The notes below the pieces were generated by a model that was not told the origin of the DNA, did no database searches, and worked only from the letters and a program-made list of their open reading frames with translations. A DNA stretch of 64,000 nucleotides from Hemiscyllium ocellatum (Eukaryota), in the NCBI RefSeq assembly GCF_020745735.1, contig NC_083409.1:10576978-10640977 (forward strand), written 5' to 3'. The translations under genes and the position numbers were made by a program. The first letter of the stretch is position 1. Every line of letters starts with the position of its first letter. Below are positions 12,255-23,860 of the stretch, piece by piece.

Positions 12255-12351
12255 CAGGAAGTGTGGGGGGCTGACGTGGCTCCCTCTGCCTGATGCTATT
12301 TACATACTGAGGAACACCCAGTCAGACTCACACAGGCTGCAGCTTTATAAA
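12255..12351 (+). promoter_or_regulatory. Ig V promoter: ETS site CAGGAAGT (12255), CRE-like TGACGTGG (12272), octamer variant ATTTACAT (12298-12305), TATAAA (12346-12351)
   Basis: Motif order and spacing upstream of the leader ATG at 12412 match Ig light-chain promoters. Confidence 0.7.
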
Positions 12352-12411
12352 GCAGAGCCCAGTGAAGGGAGAGTTTATCAGGAACCAGGCACAGGGACAG
12401 GAGCACACACC

Positions 12412-12460
12412 ATGATTTCACACACCCAGCTGATCTGGCCCCTGGCATTCTGTGTCGCAG
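12412..12460 (+). pseudogene. IGKV: Ig kappa-type light-chain leader exon (MISHTQLIWPLAFCVA-G)
   Basis: ATG, hydrophobic signal peptide, phase-1 GT donor at 12461, AG acceptor at 12645-12646 in frame with V. Confidence 0.9.
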
Positions 12461-12646
12461 GTACAAATCTCTCTCCTTCCACCTTGAATCTTTAGCTGCT
12501 CTCCATTTCACTCCAATTCCACTGACTTGTGATTGAAGGGAAAATGCTGAAACCAGAGGAATGCTCAGTGTCTCCAACAATCTCTCATTTGACTGGCTCT
12601 TTCTGTGACAGTTCTGACTTCACTGTGTTCCTCTCTGACCCCTCAG

Positions 12647-12977
12647 GTATCAGTGGGGACATCATCATGACTCAGTCTCCCCCGGTGCTGTCAGTGGAAC
12701 TGGGCCAGACCGCAACCATCACCTGTAAATCCAGTCAGAGTGCCAGTGGTGATGTTGAATGGTTCCAGCAGCGGGAAGGACAGAAACCCTCTCTCCTGAT
12801 CTACAATGCTGCATCACTATTCACAGGAGTCTCAAACAGATTCACCGGGACAGAAGTGTCCAGCACACATTTCACCCTGACAATCAGCAACGTTCAGAAT
12901 GAGGATGTCGCTGATTATTACTGTCAGCAAAGTGAGAGCTTCCCTTACGTTCGGTAAAGGAACCAAACTCCGACTGA
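12647..12977 (+). pseudogene. IGKV: Pre-joined V-J exon of a kappa-type (NS4-like) light chain; junction out of frame, TAA at 12955-12957
   Basis: [31 protein letters not shown] abuts J (TTC GGT AAA GGA ACC AAA CTC CGA CTG = FGKGTKLRL) with no RSS or spacer; J frame is offset from V frame; GTAAGT donor at 12978. Confidence 0.93.
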
Positions 12978-12983
12978 GTAAGT

Positions 12984-13322
12984 AAACCCTTTCAATATCA
13001 AACTTGCTAAAACACAAATGCTGAATTGTTGAAGGTGTTAGTGGGAAGCTGCAGTGAATGAAATGGTTGATTGAGGAGCACTGTGTTTAACAGGGTGTCC
13101 AGCTGTATTTCTTTAGTTCCATTGCCCCCTTTAAGCAAGACAGAAGTCAGGAAGTTTACTCACTGTGTGGAGGAGCTCTGTCCATTTGCAGCCTGTGGTC
13201 CCATTCCTGCAGCATGGAGTGAAATCAGTGAGTAGCCTCCTGCCAGTCTCAGTGTGACGGACACGGGGCAGAGTTTGATGTGAGCTCTGGCTCCCTGTCC
13301 CAGTCTCTGATCTCACTGACCT

Positions 13323-13354
<32 letters not shown>

Positions 13355-13420
13355 CAGTGAGACACCGAGCTCCCACCTCCACCAGCTTTAACTCTACTCA
13401 ATCACACAATCACAAAACTG
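12984..13420 (+). promoter_or_regulatory. J-proximal non-repetitive intron block conserved with the inverted paralog 63100-63540 (candidate intronic enhancer)
   Basis: Colinear reverse-complement match; shared E-box CAGCTG (13100/63394) and RUNX TGTGGTC (13194/63295). Confidence 0.5.
13323..13352 (+). repeat. (CAG)10 microsatellite; the paralog has (CTG)5 at 63156-63170
   Basis: Direct count. Confidence 0.9.
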
Positions 13421-13429
13421 TTACAGTGC

Positions 13430-16400
13430 AAAAGGAGACCATTCTGCCCATCCCATCTGTACTGGCTCTCTGAATGAGCAATTGACTGAGTGTCATTCTC
13501 CTGCCTTCTCCCTGTCACCCTGCACATTGTTCCTTTTCAAATAACAGTCTCATTCCCTTCAGAATGTTTCAATTGAAGCTGCCTCCACCACACTCTCAGG
13601 CAGTGCATTCCACACCTTAACCACTTGCTTCATGAAAATGTTTTTCCTTCTCTCACTTCTGCTTCTTCTATCAATTACTTTCAATCTGTGGCTCTCGCTC
13701 TCAATCCTTTAATGAGAGGGAACATTTTCTCCCTGTTTACTCTGTCCAGACCCCTCCTGATGTTGAATTCCTCAAACAAATCTCCTCTCAGCCTTCTCTT
13801 CTCCAAGGAAGACAGTCTGAACTTCTCCAATATATTTTCATAACTGACGTTCCTCATCCCTGAGCCTTCCATGGGAATTTTCTGTCATGCCATCTGCAAA
13901 ATATTCATATCCTTTGTGAAATATATACCTTTTCTATTCCCCATAGTCCCATTTGCCTGCATTTGGCTCATTTCCTATCCCTTTTCTCTTCCAATGTACC
14001 TGTTCAAATGTTTTTTAAATGTTTTAATCATACTCGCCTCTCCGACTTTCTCTGGCAGTTCATTCAATACCACTGTCTGCCAGAAAGAGGGATACCTCAG
14101 GTCCCTTTTGAATCTTTCCTCTTTCACTTTAAACCGCTGCCCGCTAGGTTTGTACTAACCTACCGTGAGGAAAAGACCTTAGCTAGTCACCTTATCTATG
14201 CCCATTATGATTTTATAAATCTCTAAAATGTCACCCTGAAGCTTCTGAGCTTCCAAAGAAAGTAGCCCTGCTTAACCAGTCTCTCCTTATAACTCAAACC
14301 CTCCAGTCTCGGTGACATCCTTGTCATCCTTTTTACACTCTTTCCAGTTGAATGCTATCCTTCCAATAGCAGGTGGATTGGAAACATGGCCAGACCAACA
14401 TCTTGGGAAGCTGTAATGTCCCAACTCCCATACCCGATGAAGGCAAGTGTACCAAATGCTTTCTTCACCACCCTGTCTACACGTGACACCAGTTTCAATC
14501 CTCTATGTGCGTCCACCCCTTGGTCTCCCTGTTTGACAACACTCCCCATGGCCCCACAATTAACTGTGTTAGCCCTGGCCTGTACCAAAATGCAACACCT
14601 TGCTATTATCTCAATGCATAATGTAAATGTACTCTCAAATAGCCTTCTTCACTGACCATGAAACCGCCAATTTTGGTGTCATCTTCAAACTCACAAACTA
14701 TACTTCCTATATTCTCATTCAATTTGTTTCTATAAATGACGAACAATGATGAACCCGGAAGCAATCCTTTCGCTTGTCACAGGCTTCCAGTCTGAACAGC
14801 AACCCTCTACCACCACACTCTGTCTCCAACCATCAAGCCAATTTTGTATTAATTAACTTGCTCTTCCTGGATCACATTTGATCTAACCTTACTAACCAGA
14901 TGTCCATGCAGGAAATTATCAAAGGCCTTGCTAAAGTCCATGTAGACAATGTCTACCACTCTGCCCTCAGCTATCTTATTGGTCATGTCCTCAAAAAAAT
15001 TTGTAAGACACATTTTCCCACTGACAAAGCCATGTGGACTATCCCTAATCAATCCTTGTCTTTCCAAATGCATTTAGATCCTGTCTATCAAATTCCCCTC
15101 CAACAATTTACCACGATCAGACTCACTGGTCTATAATTCCCTGTGTATTCCTTGCAGATCTCATTAAATAACAGCTCAACATTAGACACACCCCCGTCTT
15201 CCAGCACATCACCCGTGGCTGTTGATGATACAAACATCTCCACAAGGGGCATCACTGTCTCTTCCCAAGCTTCCCACAAAGTATTGGGATGGAGCTGATC
15301 AGGTCCTGGGAATTTATCTATCTTTATGAGTTTAAAGAGCAGATTACCGCACGTCTTCTTCTGTAATATGGGCTCTTCTCAAGACATCAACATTTATTTC
15401 CCAAATTTCCTTCACTTCCATGTCCTTCTCAACTGTAAATACTGAAGCAAAATATTATATTTGTAACTCATTCATACTCTGTTTTAAAATAAAATGTGAA
15501 AAATTCTAAGAGTGAAACATTGGGGGTGATCCATGGGATACGATCCATGATCATGACTTTATGCTGGATTGTCCGTTGTCCTTTTCCATTGTTCCCCTAA
15601 ACTTTATGATACAATGATCACTCTTCCCTAAATGTCCTCTCACTGACACTTGATCTACTTGGATTTCCTCATTCCCAAGATCTAGTTGCTGTCTCAGTTG
15701 ATATTCTGACAATTAAAATCCTGTAATGTTTGCACCTCTCTGTAAATTCCTTGCAGGTTTGCTCCCCTACATCCTTCCCACTAGTCAGTGACCTACAGAC
15801 TGCACTGAACAACCTGATTGCACCTTTTTGTTCCTTATCTTGAACCAAATCGATTCTGTCCTTGACCCCTTTGAGACACCTTCTTTCTCCAGCTCTGCAC
15901 CGATCTCCTTAATCAATCCCACACCTCTCACCCTTTCCCCCCTTTCCTATCTTTCCTGAACACTTTGTATCCAGGAATATTTAACACCCAGTCCTGTCTT
16001 CATTTGAACCTCATCTGTTAGAGCAACAACATCAGATTTCCACTTGGTAATCTGTGTCTGTAATTCCCCAGTCTTATTCCCCACACTCTGTGCAGTCCCA
16101 TACATGCACAGCCAGCCAGATTTAGAATTTATTGCTGGCTCTCTCTCACTCTGACCCTGCCTAGGAAGTTACTACTCCTTACTCTGATGCGAACAATTTT
16201 TTCCAGGGTTCTGTGTTCCTTGGTGTTCCTTCCTGATATTACCCTCCTGGTTCCCACGGCCCTTCAATATTAATTTAAACCCTCTCCAACAGCACCAGCA
16301 AATCACCCCACGAGGAGCTCAATTCCTGCTATGTTCAGGAGCAACCCATCCAGTCTATAGAGGTTGCATCTCCCACCAGGTCATTCCCAAAGACCCAAGA

Positions 16401-19400
16401 ATCTAAAGCCCTCCCTCCTGGACCACATTTCCAGCCCACATCCACCTGTCTTATCTTCCTGTTCCTATCCTCACTTGCATTGGTCATGGGAGTAATCCAA
16501 AGATTCCTATTTTTGAGTTCCTGTTGCGAATTGCCTCCCAAGCTCCCTAAATTCTGACTGCAGGAGCACATCCTTTTTCTCCCTCTGTCACTGGGACCGA
16601 TGTGGACCATGACTGCTGCCTGTTCCCCCTCTCCCCTCAGGGTGCTCTGCAGCCACTCAGTGACATCCTTGACCCTGGCACCAGGGAGACAACACACCAT
16701 CCTGGATTCCCATCTGCAGCTGCAGAAAATCTTATCGATTGCCCTCACTCTCGAATCTCCTCTCACTATCGCTCTTCCAGTTCCTTGTGCCCCCCTGTAC
16801 AGCTTCCCCCCATCTTGGTGCATTGGCTGCATTCCCCAGATGAACCATCATTCTCATCGGGATTCTGAACTGAATTTTTGTTGGAGAGCGGGATGCACTC
16901 AGGGTATTCCTGTACTAGCTGCCTGGTCCTTTTGGACTGTCTGCTGCTTCCCCATTCCCTCTCTCCCTGCGTACTCTGAAGCTGCAGAGTGACCACATCT
17001 AGAAACGTGCTCTCCACGGAGCTCTCAGCCTCACGGACGCTCCACACTGACACCAGCTGCTGCTCAAGCTCCGAAGCCCAGAGCTCCAACTGCTGTCACT
17101 GACCACACTTCCTGCTCACATTGTATTCCAGGAGCAGCTCGGAAGCATTCTGAAGTTCCCACAAGGAACAAGATGCATACTGTCTCCACTCTTTGGTTAT
17201 CTCTTGGCAAAGTTCTAATGACAAACAGCTCCAGCAGGGCTCACAATCCAGAGCTTTCAGTTTTCTGGGGTTTTGCAGAGTCTCTTCAAAAGATATCAGA
17301 ATTAGGCCATTCGCCCCATCAAGTCTGCTGTGCTGTTTGGTCATGTGTTTCTCAAGACTATTCTCCTGCCTTCTTCCCATTATGCTTGTTCGCCTTTCCA
17401 ATCAGGAATCTATCAATGTCTGTCCTAAATACACTCAATGACTTCATCTCCACTGCAATGAGTTCCACAGATTAACCACCCTCTGGCAGAAGAAATTCCT
17501 TCGCATCTCAGTCCTAATGAGTTATCCCTAAATTCTGTGGCTGTACCCTCTGGTCCTTGTTTCACTTACTGGTGGAAACATCTTCTCCACGTCCCTATCC
17601 AGGCCTCTCAGTGTTGTGTAAGTGTATATGTGATCCTCCCATGTCCTTCTGAACTCCATCAAGTACACATCCAGAGTTCTCAACCGCTCCTCATCAGACC
17701 AGGCTGTCACCCCCAGGGTCATTCTTATAAACCTCCTCTGGATCTCCTCTAATACAAGCACATCCCTCCTTAGATATGGGTCCCAAAACTGTTCACAATA
17801 ATCCAAATGCAGCCTGGCCAGAGTCTCATACAGCCTCAGCAGGACACACCTGCTCTTGTATTCTAACTCAGTTGAAATGAATGCTAACATTGCATTTGTC
17901 TTCCTAATTGCCAACTGAACCTACATATTAACCTTAAGAGAAACCTGAAAGAGGCCTCCTGAGCCACTTTGCGTTTCAGGATTCCAAATTTCCCCATTTA
18001 GGAAACAGTTTGAGCCTCTATTCTTCCAACCAAGCTGCATAACCTCACACATTCCCATTTTCTATTCCATCTACCACTCCTTTGCCCACTCTCTGAGCCT
18101 TTCCAAGTCCTTCTGCAGCCTCCCTACTCCTCAACGCTCCCTGTCCCTCACTTCATCTTTGTGTTATCAGCAAATTTAAGAACAATGCCCTCAGTTCCTT
18201 TTCCCTGATCGTTAATATATAATTAATTGTTACATGAATAGCTGAGGTCCCAACACTGCCCCCTGCTGAACTGCAGGAGGCACCAGCTGCCATCCTGCAA
18301 AAGATCCATTTATTCTCACTCTCTACCCATGTCAGTAGAGGACCCCAAACCCCATGGGCTCTTATGTTATTTAGCAGCCTCCTGTGTGGCAACTTGTCAA
18401 AGGCCTTCTGGAAATCCAAATAGATCATGTCCATTGGCTCTCCTTTGTCTAACTTGCTCATTAACTCCTCTTATTACATAGTATTCCAGCTTCTCCCTCT
18501 CAAACTGCAGGGTGAATTCTATCATATCATTGTCACTACCCCCTCAGGGTTCACTCACCTTCAGCTCCCCAATCAGAGCTACCTCATTACACATTAACAA
18601 ATCCAGAATTACCTGTTTCCTTGTGGCTCTACCATAAACTGCTCCAAAAAAAGCCTCTCGCAGACATTCTATGAATTCCTTTCCTTGAGATCCATTCCCA
18701 ACCTGACTTTCCCAGTCCACCTGCATATTGCAGTCCCCATGACTATGTAATAATCCCTTTCTTACATGCCTTTTCTATCTCCTGATTTATTTTCTGACCC
18801 ACATCCTGACGACTGCGCGGAGTCTGGTACATAACTCCCATCAGGGGCTTTGTTCCTTTGTGGTTTCTTAAGTTGACTCACACAGATTCTATGCATTCCC
18901 ACTCAATATTTCCTCTTGCTATCGATAAATTTCAGTTCTTCCTGACAGGATAAACTTTCTCCTCCCACACCCCACCTCCACACCCCTCACACATCTACCT
19001 ATCATTAGAAACATAGAAATATAGAAAATAGCTGCAGGAACAGGCTATTCAGCCCTTCGAGCCTGCACCACCGTTCAATATGATCATGGCTGATTATGTA
19101 ATCTCAGTTTCCCATTCCCACCTTCCCCCTATACCCATAAATCCCTTCATCCTCAAGGACCACGTCCCTCTTGATATATATCTAACAAACTGGCCCCACC
19201 AGCTTTCTGTGGTAGAGAATTCCACAGGTTCACATCATCTGAATAACTTAACCCTTAATCGTAGACAGTGACCCCTGGTTCTGAACTTTCCTAATGTTGG
19301 GAACATTCTTCCAGCATCGACCCTGTCAAATCTCATCAGGATTTTATATGTTTCCGTGAGATTCCTCTCAGTCTTCTAAATCCCAGTGAGTACAAGCCCA

Positions 19401-20700
19401 GTCGATCCAGTCTTTCCTCATATGTCAGTCCTGCCATCCCGGGAATCAGTCTGGTGAACCTTCGCTGGATTCCCTCAATAGCAAGAATGTCCTTCCTCAG
19501 ACTAGGAGACCAAAACTGCACACAATACTCAAGGTGAGGCCTCACCAAGGCCTTGTTTAATTCTACAAGACATCCTTACTCCAATACACTGTGAAGGCCA
19601 ACATGCCATTAGCTTTCCTCACTGCCTGCTGCACCTGCATGCCCCCTTTCAATGACACCCAGCTCTCACTGCACCTCACCTTTTCCTAAACGTCCACCAT
19701 TCATTCATAATCTGTTTACCACAAAAGTGGATCATCCCACATTTACCCACATTATGTTGCACTTGCCAAGTATATGTCCACTCAGCCAGCCTGTCCAAGT
19801 CACCCTGCAGCCTCTTAGCATCCTCCTCACAACATACATTGCCACCCAGCTTCATGTCATCTGCAAGTTTGTAGGGATTGCATTCAATTCCTTTGTCCAT
19901 ATCATTTATGTGTATTGTGAACAGCTGGGGTCCCAGCACTGAACCCTGTGGTACCCCACTCATCACTGCCTGCCACTCTGAAAAGGACTCATTTATTCCA
20001 ACTCTCTGCTTTCTATCTGGCAATGAGTTCTCTCTCCATGATAATACATTACATCCAATACCATGGGGCTTAATGTAACTCACTAATCTCTTGTATGGGA
20101 CCTTGTCAAAAGCCTTTTGAAAGCCCAGATACTCACTGTCCACTGAGTTCTGAAGTAGGGTCACTCAATTCGAAACACTAACTTCGATTGCTCTCCACAG
20201 ATGCTGCCAGACCTGCTGAACTTTTTCATCATTTTTGTTGTTATCCACTGATTCAGCCTTGTCTACTCTCTACTGATCACATCCTCAAAAACTTCCAGGA
20301 GATGTGTCAGCCCTAATTTCCCTTTTGTAAATCCATGCTTATTTGGACCGATCCTGTCATTGCTTTCCAAATGCTCGGTTATTGTATCTTTAATAACTGA
20401 CTCCAGCGTTTTCCTCATGTGTAATTCCTCATTTTCACTCTCGTTCCTTTTATTAAAAAGTGGGGTTATATTGGATACTGTCTAGTCCATTGGAACTCTG
20501 TCAGTGTCGACAGAATGCTGGAAAATGATCACCAATGTGTCCACTATTTCTAGACCCACTTTCTTAAGGACTCTGGGATGCAGAACATCAGGCCCTAGCA
20601 TCAGCTTCTCCAAGACCATTTCCTGACTAACAAGGATTACCTTCAGTTCCTCCTTCACACTTGACCCTCTATCCCCTTGCATTTCCTTTCAATAGGATGT
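13430..20700 (-). mobile_element. Stack of nested, decayed CR1 LINE fragments in the cluster-1 J-C intron, including an ORF1 esterase-like piece at about 16300-17200
   Basis: Minus frames: MVCCLPGARVKDVTEWLQ (CR1 ORF1 SGNH-like), DFSKAFD, SGVPQGSVLGPQLF, LADDMKLGG, VRPHLEYCVQFWSP. Confidence 0.82.
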
Positions 20701-20849
20701 GTATCCTTGGATATTTAGTTCCCAGCCCTGATCTCCTTGCAGCCACATCCCTGCGCTACAGGCTCATTTACCTTGTTTCATATACTCGATGCATCGAAGT
20801 ACAACACCTGCAGTGGTGCATTGACTGTCTCCTTCTCATAGTTATCTCC

Positions 20850-21095
20850 TTTAGAATTCATAGAATCCCTACATTGTGGAGGCAGGCCATTCAGCCCAGA
20901 CTGACCCTCCTAAAAGCATCCCACCCACCCTATAATTCCCATGGATAATCCTCCTAACCTACACATCTTTGTGACAATGGGAGGAAACCCACATAGACAC
21001 AGGGAGAATGTGTAAACCCCACACAGACAGTCAGTCGGAATTGAGTCTGTGTTTCCGGAGCTGTGAGACAGCAGTGCTAACCACTGATCCACCAT
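20850..21095 (-). mobile_element. HE1-type V-SINE (older copy)
   Basis: Reverse complement of the HE1 head and V-core. Confidence 0.7.
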
Positions 21096-21551
21096 TCCAC
21101 CCTGCGGGGCCTCAAGTTCAATTCCTCATCCTTTCTATACTCTCTATCCTAGTACTTGATCCGAATGATTTAATAAAGTGTCCTGAGGCCCTACCTTCTT
21201 GAATTAGTTTAAATTCCTTGAAGCTTGATTTACCTTGGTTTGTGTGGTACCACTTTGTCGACCATATTCCGAATGGGTCATGCATTAAGAGACAAAGCCT
21301 TTAAGCTTGTTCTATAGTGACCTTCCCTGCACTTTTAAGTTTCCTCAGTACAATATGACATTCACAACGCTCTGTCCCTTTCCTTTTATTTCCTGGTAAC
21401 AATGAATCCCATCACTAACCAACAATTCTCCCTTCTCCTTTAACTTTCATTTTTCTCATTTTCCATCCAACTGTTCCAGTTACTTTCTCTTTGAATTGTA
21501 TTCAGGCTGATATTTATTCCTGAACAAACGTCACTCAAAATGTTCCTTGGT

Positions 21552-21670
21552 TCATTGTTGCTTGTGGGATCTTGCTGTGTACAATCTGGCTTGCACATTT
21601 CCTATATTACAACAGTGACCACATTTCAAACAAGTCCCACACTGTCTGCAAATGTCTTGGGGACAGCATG
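21552..21670 (+). mobile_element. Deu-domain SINE remnant (SacSINE1/AmnSINE1-like)
   Basis: TCATTG..TGTGGGATCTTGCTGTG..CATTTCCTATATTACAACAGTGAC matches the Deu-domain core as I recall it. Confidence 0.6.
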
Positions 21671-22441
21671 GATCTTTCTTTTCTTTGGATGAACTGGGAG
21701 TCTTTCAGATGTGAAAGATGCCATTCCAATGTTGCACAGTCCTCCTCCTGAACTACAGTTCCTGCTTTGTCCCTCTCTTTTGTGAAAACAGACCGAATGT
21801 TTTCATGAGGAACCATTGCTCCATCTCCCACCCCCGCACACAAGTTCCTTTCCTGCTCTCGAATGGGCCTCACATTCCTTCATTCTCTTGTTCTTTCTGT
21901 GATTATAAAACATCACTGGGATTTCACTGACTTCATCTGGACACAATTCATCCTGTCAGCTCTTTGCTTTCCTCAGGTCCTAGTAAATTTCATCCCTGCA
22001 TTTTGTCTTTCAGCTTACTTTTACCCAATCCCTGACCTGTTTAGTAAAATGGTTTGTTCCCAAATAAAAACTTTTACACTTGTTCCGTGGTTCTCCATTT
22101 CCATCCCTACTCTCAATCTCACTGAGTTCTGATCACTGTCACTGAAATGCTCCCCCATTGATAGCCCTTTCAGCTGCTCACATACATTCCAAAAATGATG
22201 GTCCAAAACTGTCCCTTCTCTTTCACTATCACTTTCTCAGCGGCGATTAGGGATGGATAATAAATGCTGGCCCTTCCAGTGACACTCACATAACAAGAAG
22301 CAATTTTAAAAGTCCCTGTCCTTTTATGGGGCTTGTTAGGTATTGGATACAAATGTTCAAATGGATTGTTTTGCCAGTGAACCTACAGAGTTGAAATCCC
22401 TTTGAATTACAGGGATTAAAATAGTTTCTCTTGTCTTTCAG

Positions 22442-22770
22442 GCCGTGACAACTCTCAGCCCAAGCTGACCCTGCTACCTCCCTCCCCGGAGCAGGTCAAT
22501 GCCAAGGGCACTGCCACCCTGGTGTGCCTTGCCAATCACTTCTATCCCGATGAGCTGGAGGTGCAGTGGAAGAAGGACGGTGCAATCATTTCGGATGGGG
22601 TTCAGACCAGCAACTACCTGCGAGCTTCGGACAGCACCTACAGTGTCAGCAGCCTGCTGACCCTCTCTGGGTCTGACTGGGAGTCTGACGCTCGCTTCTC
22701 CTGTGCCCTCACCCACGTGACCCTCCCCTCTCCCCTCAGCAAGAGCATCAAGAGATCAGAATGTGTGTAG
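22442..22770 (+). CDS. IGKC: Ig kappa-type light-chain constant exon, intact (RDNSQPKLTLLPPSPEQVNAKGTATLVCLANHFYPDELEVQWKKDG...FSCALTHVTLPSPLSKSIKRSECV)
   Basis: Polypyrimidine tract plus AG at 22440-22441, phase 1 matching the J donor, C1-set Cys-Trp-Cys, C-terminal interchain Cys. Confidence 0.95.
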
Positions 22771-23295
22771 AGTGTTTGAGACAGTCCACAGAGGAGATAC
22801 AACTTTAAACAGAACAGGGCTGAGCTGGCAGGACAAAGGTCATTGTCAGCACTGAATTTCAATTCTCTTCCTTCTCAGGACTGGCTCAGAGACACGTCTG
22901 ACGTTCACGAGTTAAGGCACGTCTTTGGAATTATCAAAAACAAGCTTTACTCTGTATCAAACCCCATGCTGACCCTGTTCTAGGAGTGTTTGATTGGACA
23001 GTGAAGACTAGTGATGCCAAGTAAAACCTCTCAAAGATGCTGAAAACTGTCAGCTGTACAAAATAATGTGAACCTCAGAAGTCTCTGCTTCAGTAAACCA
23101 GATCTCCTTCCTGCTCAGTCGCTAGTTCCAATTTAATGTTTTGTCACTGTTTAAAGGGACAGGATTCTTATGTTATTGAGAAAAATTCCACAAGTGTTTT
23201 CCTCAAGCTCCATTGTGGCTGTGAATTTGAGCAGCTTCCTCTGTCTGGGCTGTTAATTGCTGACTGTTTTCTGTCAATGTCAATCTGGAAAAGGG

Positions 23296-23301
23296 AATAA
23301 A
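23296..23301 (+). terminator. Polyadenylation signal AATAAA of cluster 1
   Basis: About 525 nt after the stop; conserved in the paralog at 48302-48307. Confidence 0.7.
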
Positions 23302-23522
23302 GATGAAGAAGATTCAGTCTCTGTCTCTGTGTGTGCTTTGGAAATGGCCAGAGCTGAAACCTCAGGGAAAGGTGTGTGAAGTGTTAACCTCCAACTTCAA
23401 GGCCTGGAACAAGAGGGGGAGAATCGAGGGAGTAATGGGGTCCCTGGAGCAGGAGGGCAATTCTACAACTGTGTCCAGAAGGGGTTCTTTCAGAAGGAAT
23501 GCAGGGCCCCAAGGAATTTTTA

Positions 23523-23860
23523 GATTTTTTTTAGATTAGATTACTTACAGTGTGGAAACAGGCCCTTCGGCCCAACAAGTCCACACCGACCCGCCGAAGC
23601 GCAACCCACCCATACCCCTACATTTACCCTTAACTAACACTACGGGCAACTTAGCATGGCCAATTCACCTGACCTGCACATCTTTGGACTGTGGGAGGAA
23701 ACCGGAGCACCCGGAGGAAACCCACGCAGACACAAGGAGAACGTGCAAACTCCACACAGTCAGTCGCCTGAGTCGGGAACTGAACCCGGGTCTCAGGCGC
23801 TGTGAGGCAGCAGTGCTAACCACTGTGCCACCGTGCCACCCACTGCCACCGTGCCACCCA
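23523..23860 (-). mobile_element. Full-length young HE1 V-SINE with a duplicated 5' tip
   Basis: A/B boxes, V-core, HER1-like tail ending in (TCTAA)n, CpGs retained; GCCACCGTGCCACCC occurs twice at the 5' end. Confidence 0.88.

Noticed and set aside
12529-12646. N-terminal extension MIEGK... of the V ORF
   Set aside because: It is leader-V intron; the real leader exon is 12412-12460
13161-13359. Heptamers CACTGTG (13161) and CACAGTG (13353), conserved in both clusters
   Set aside because: No nonamer at 12 or 23 nt spacing
23523-23860. tRNA gene suggested by A/B boxes (also in other SINE heads)
   Set aside because: These are SINE heads without a complete cloverleaf and are followed by V-core and LINE tail
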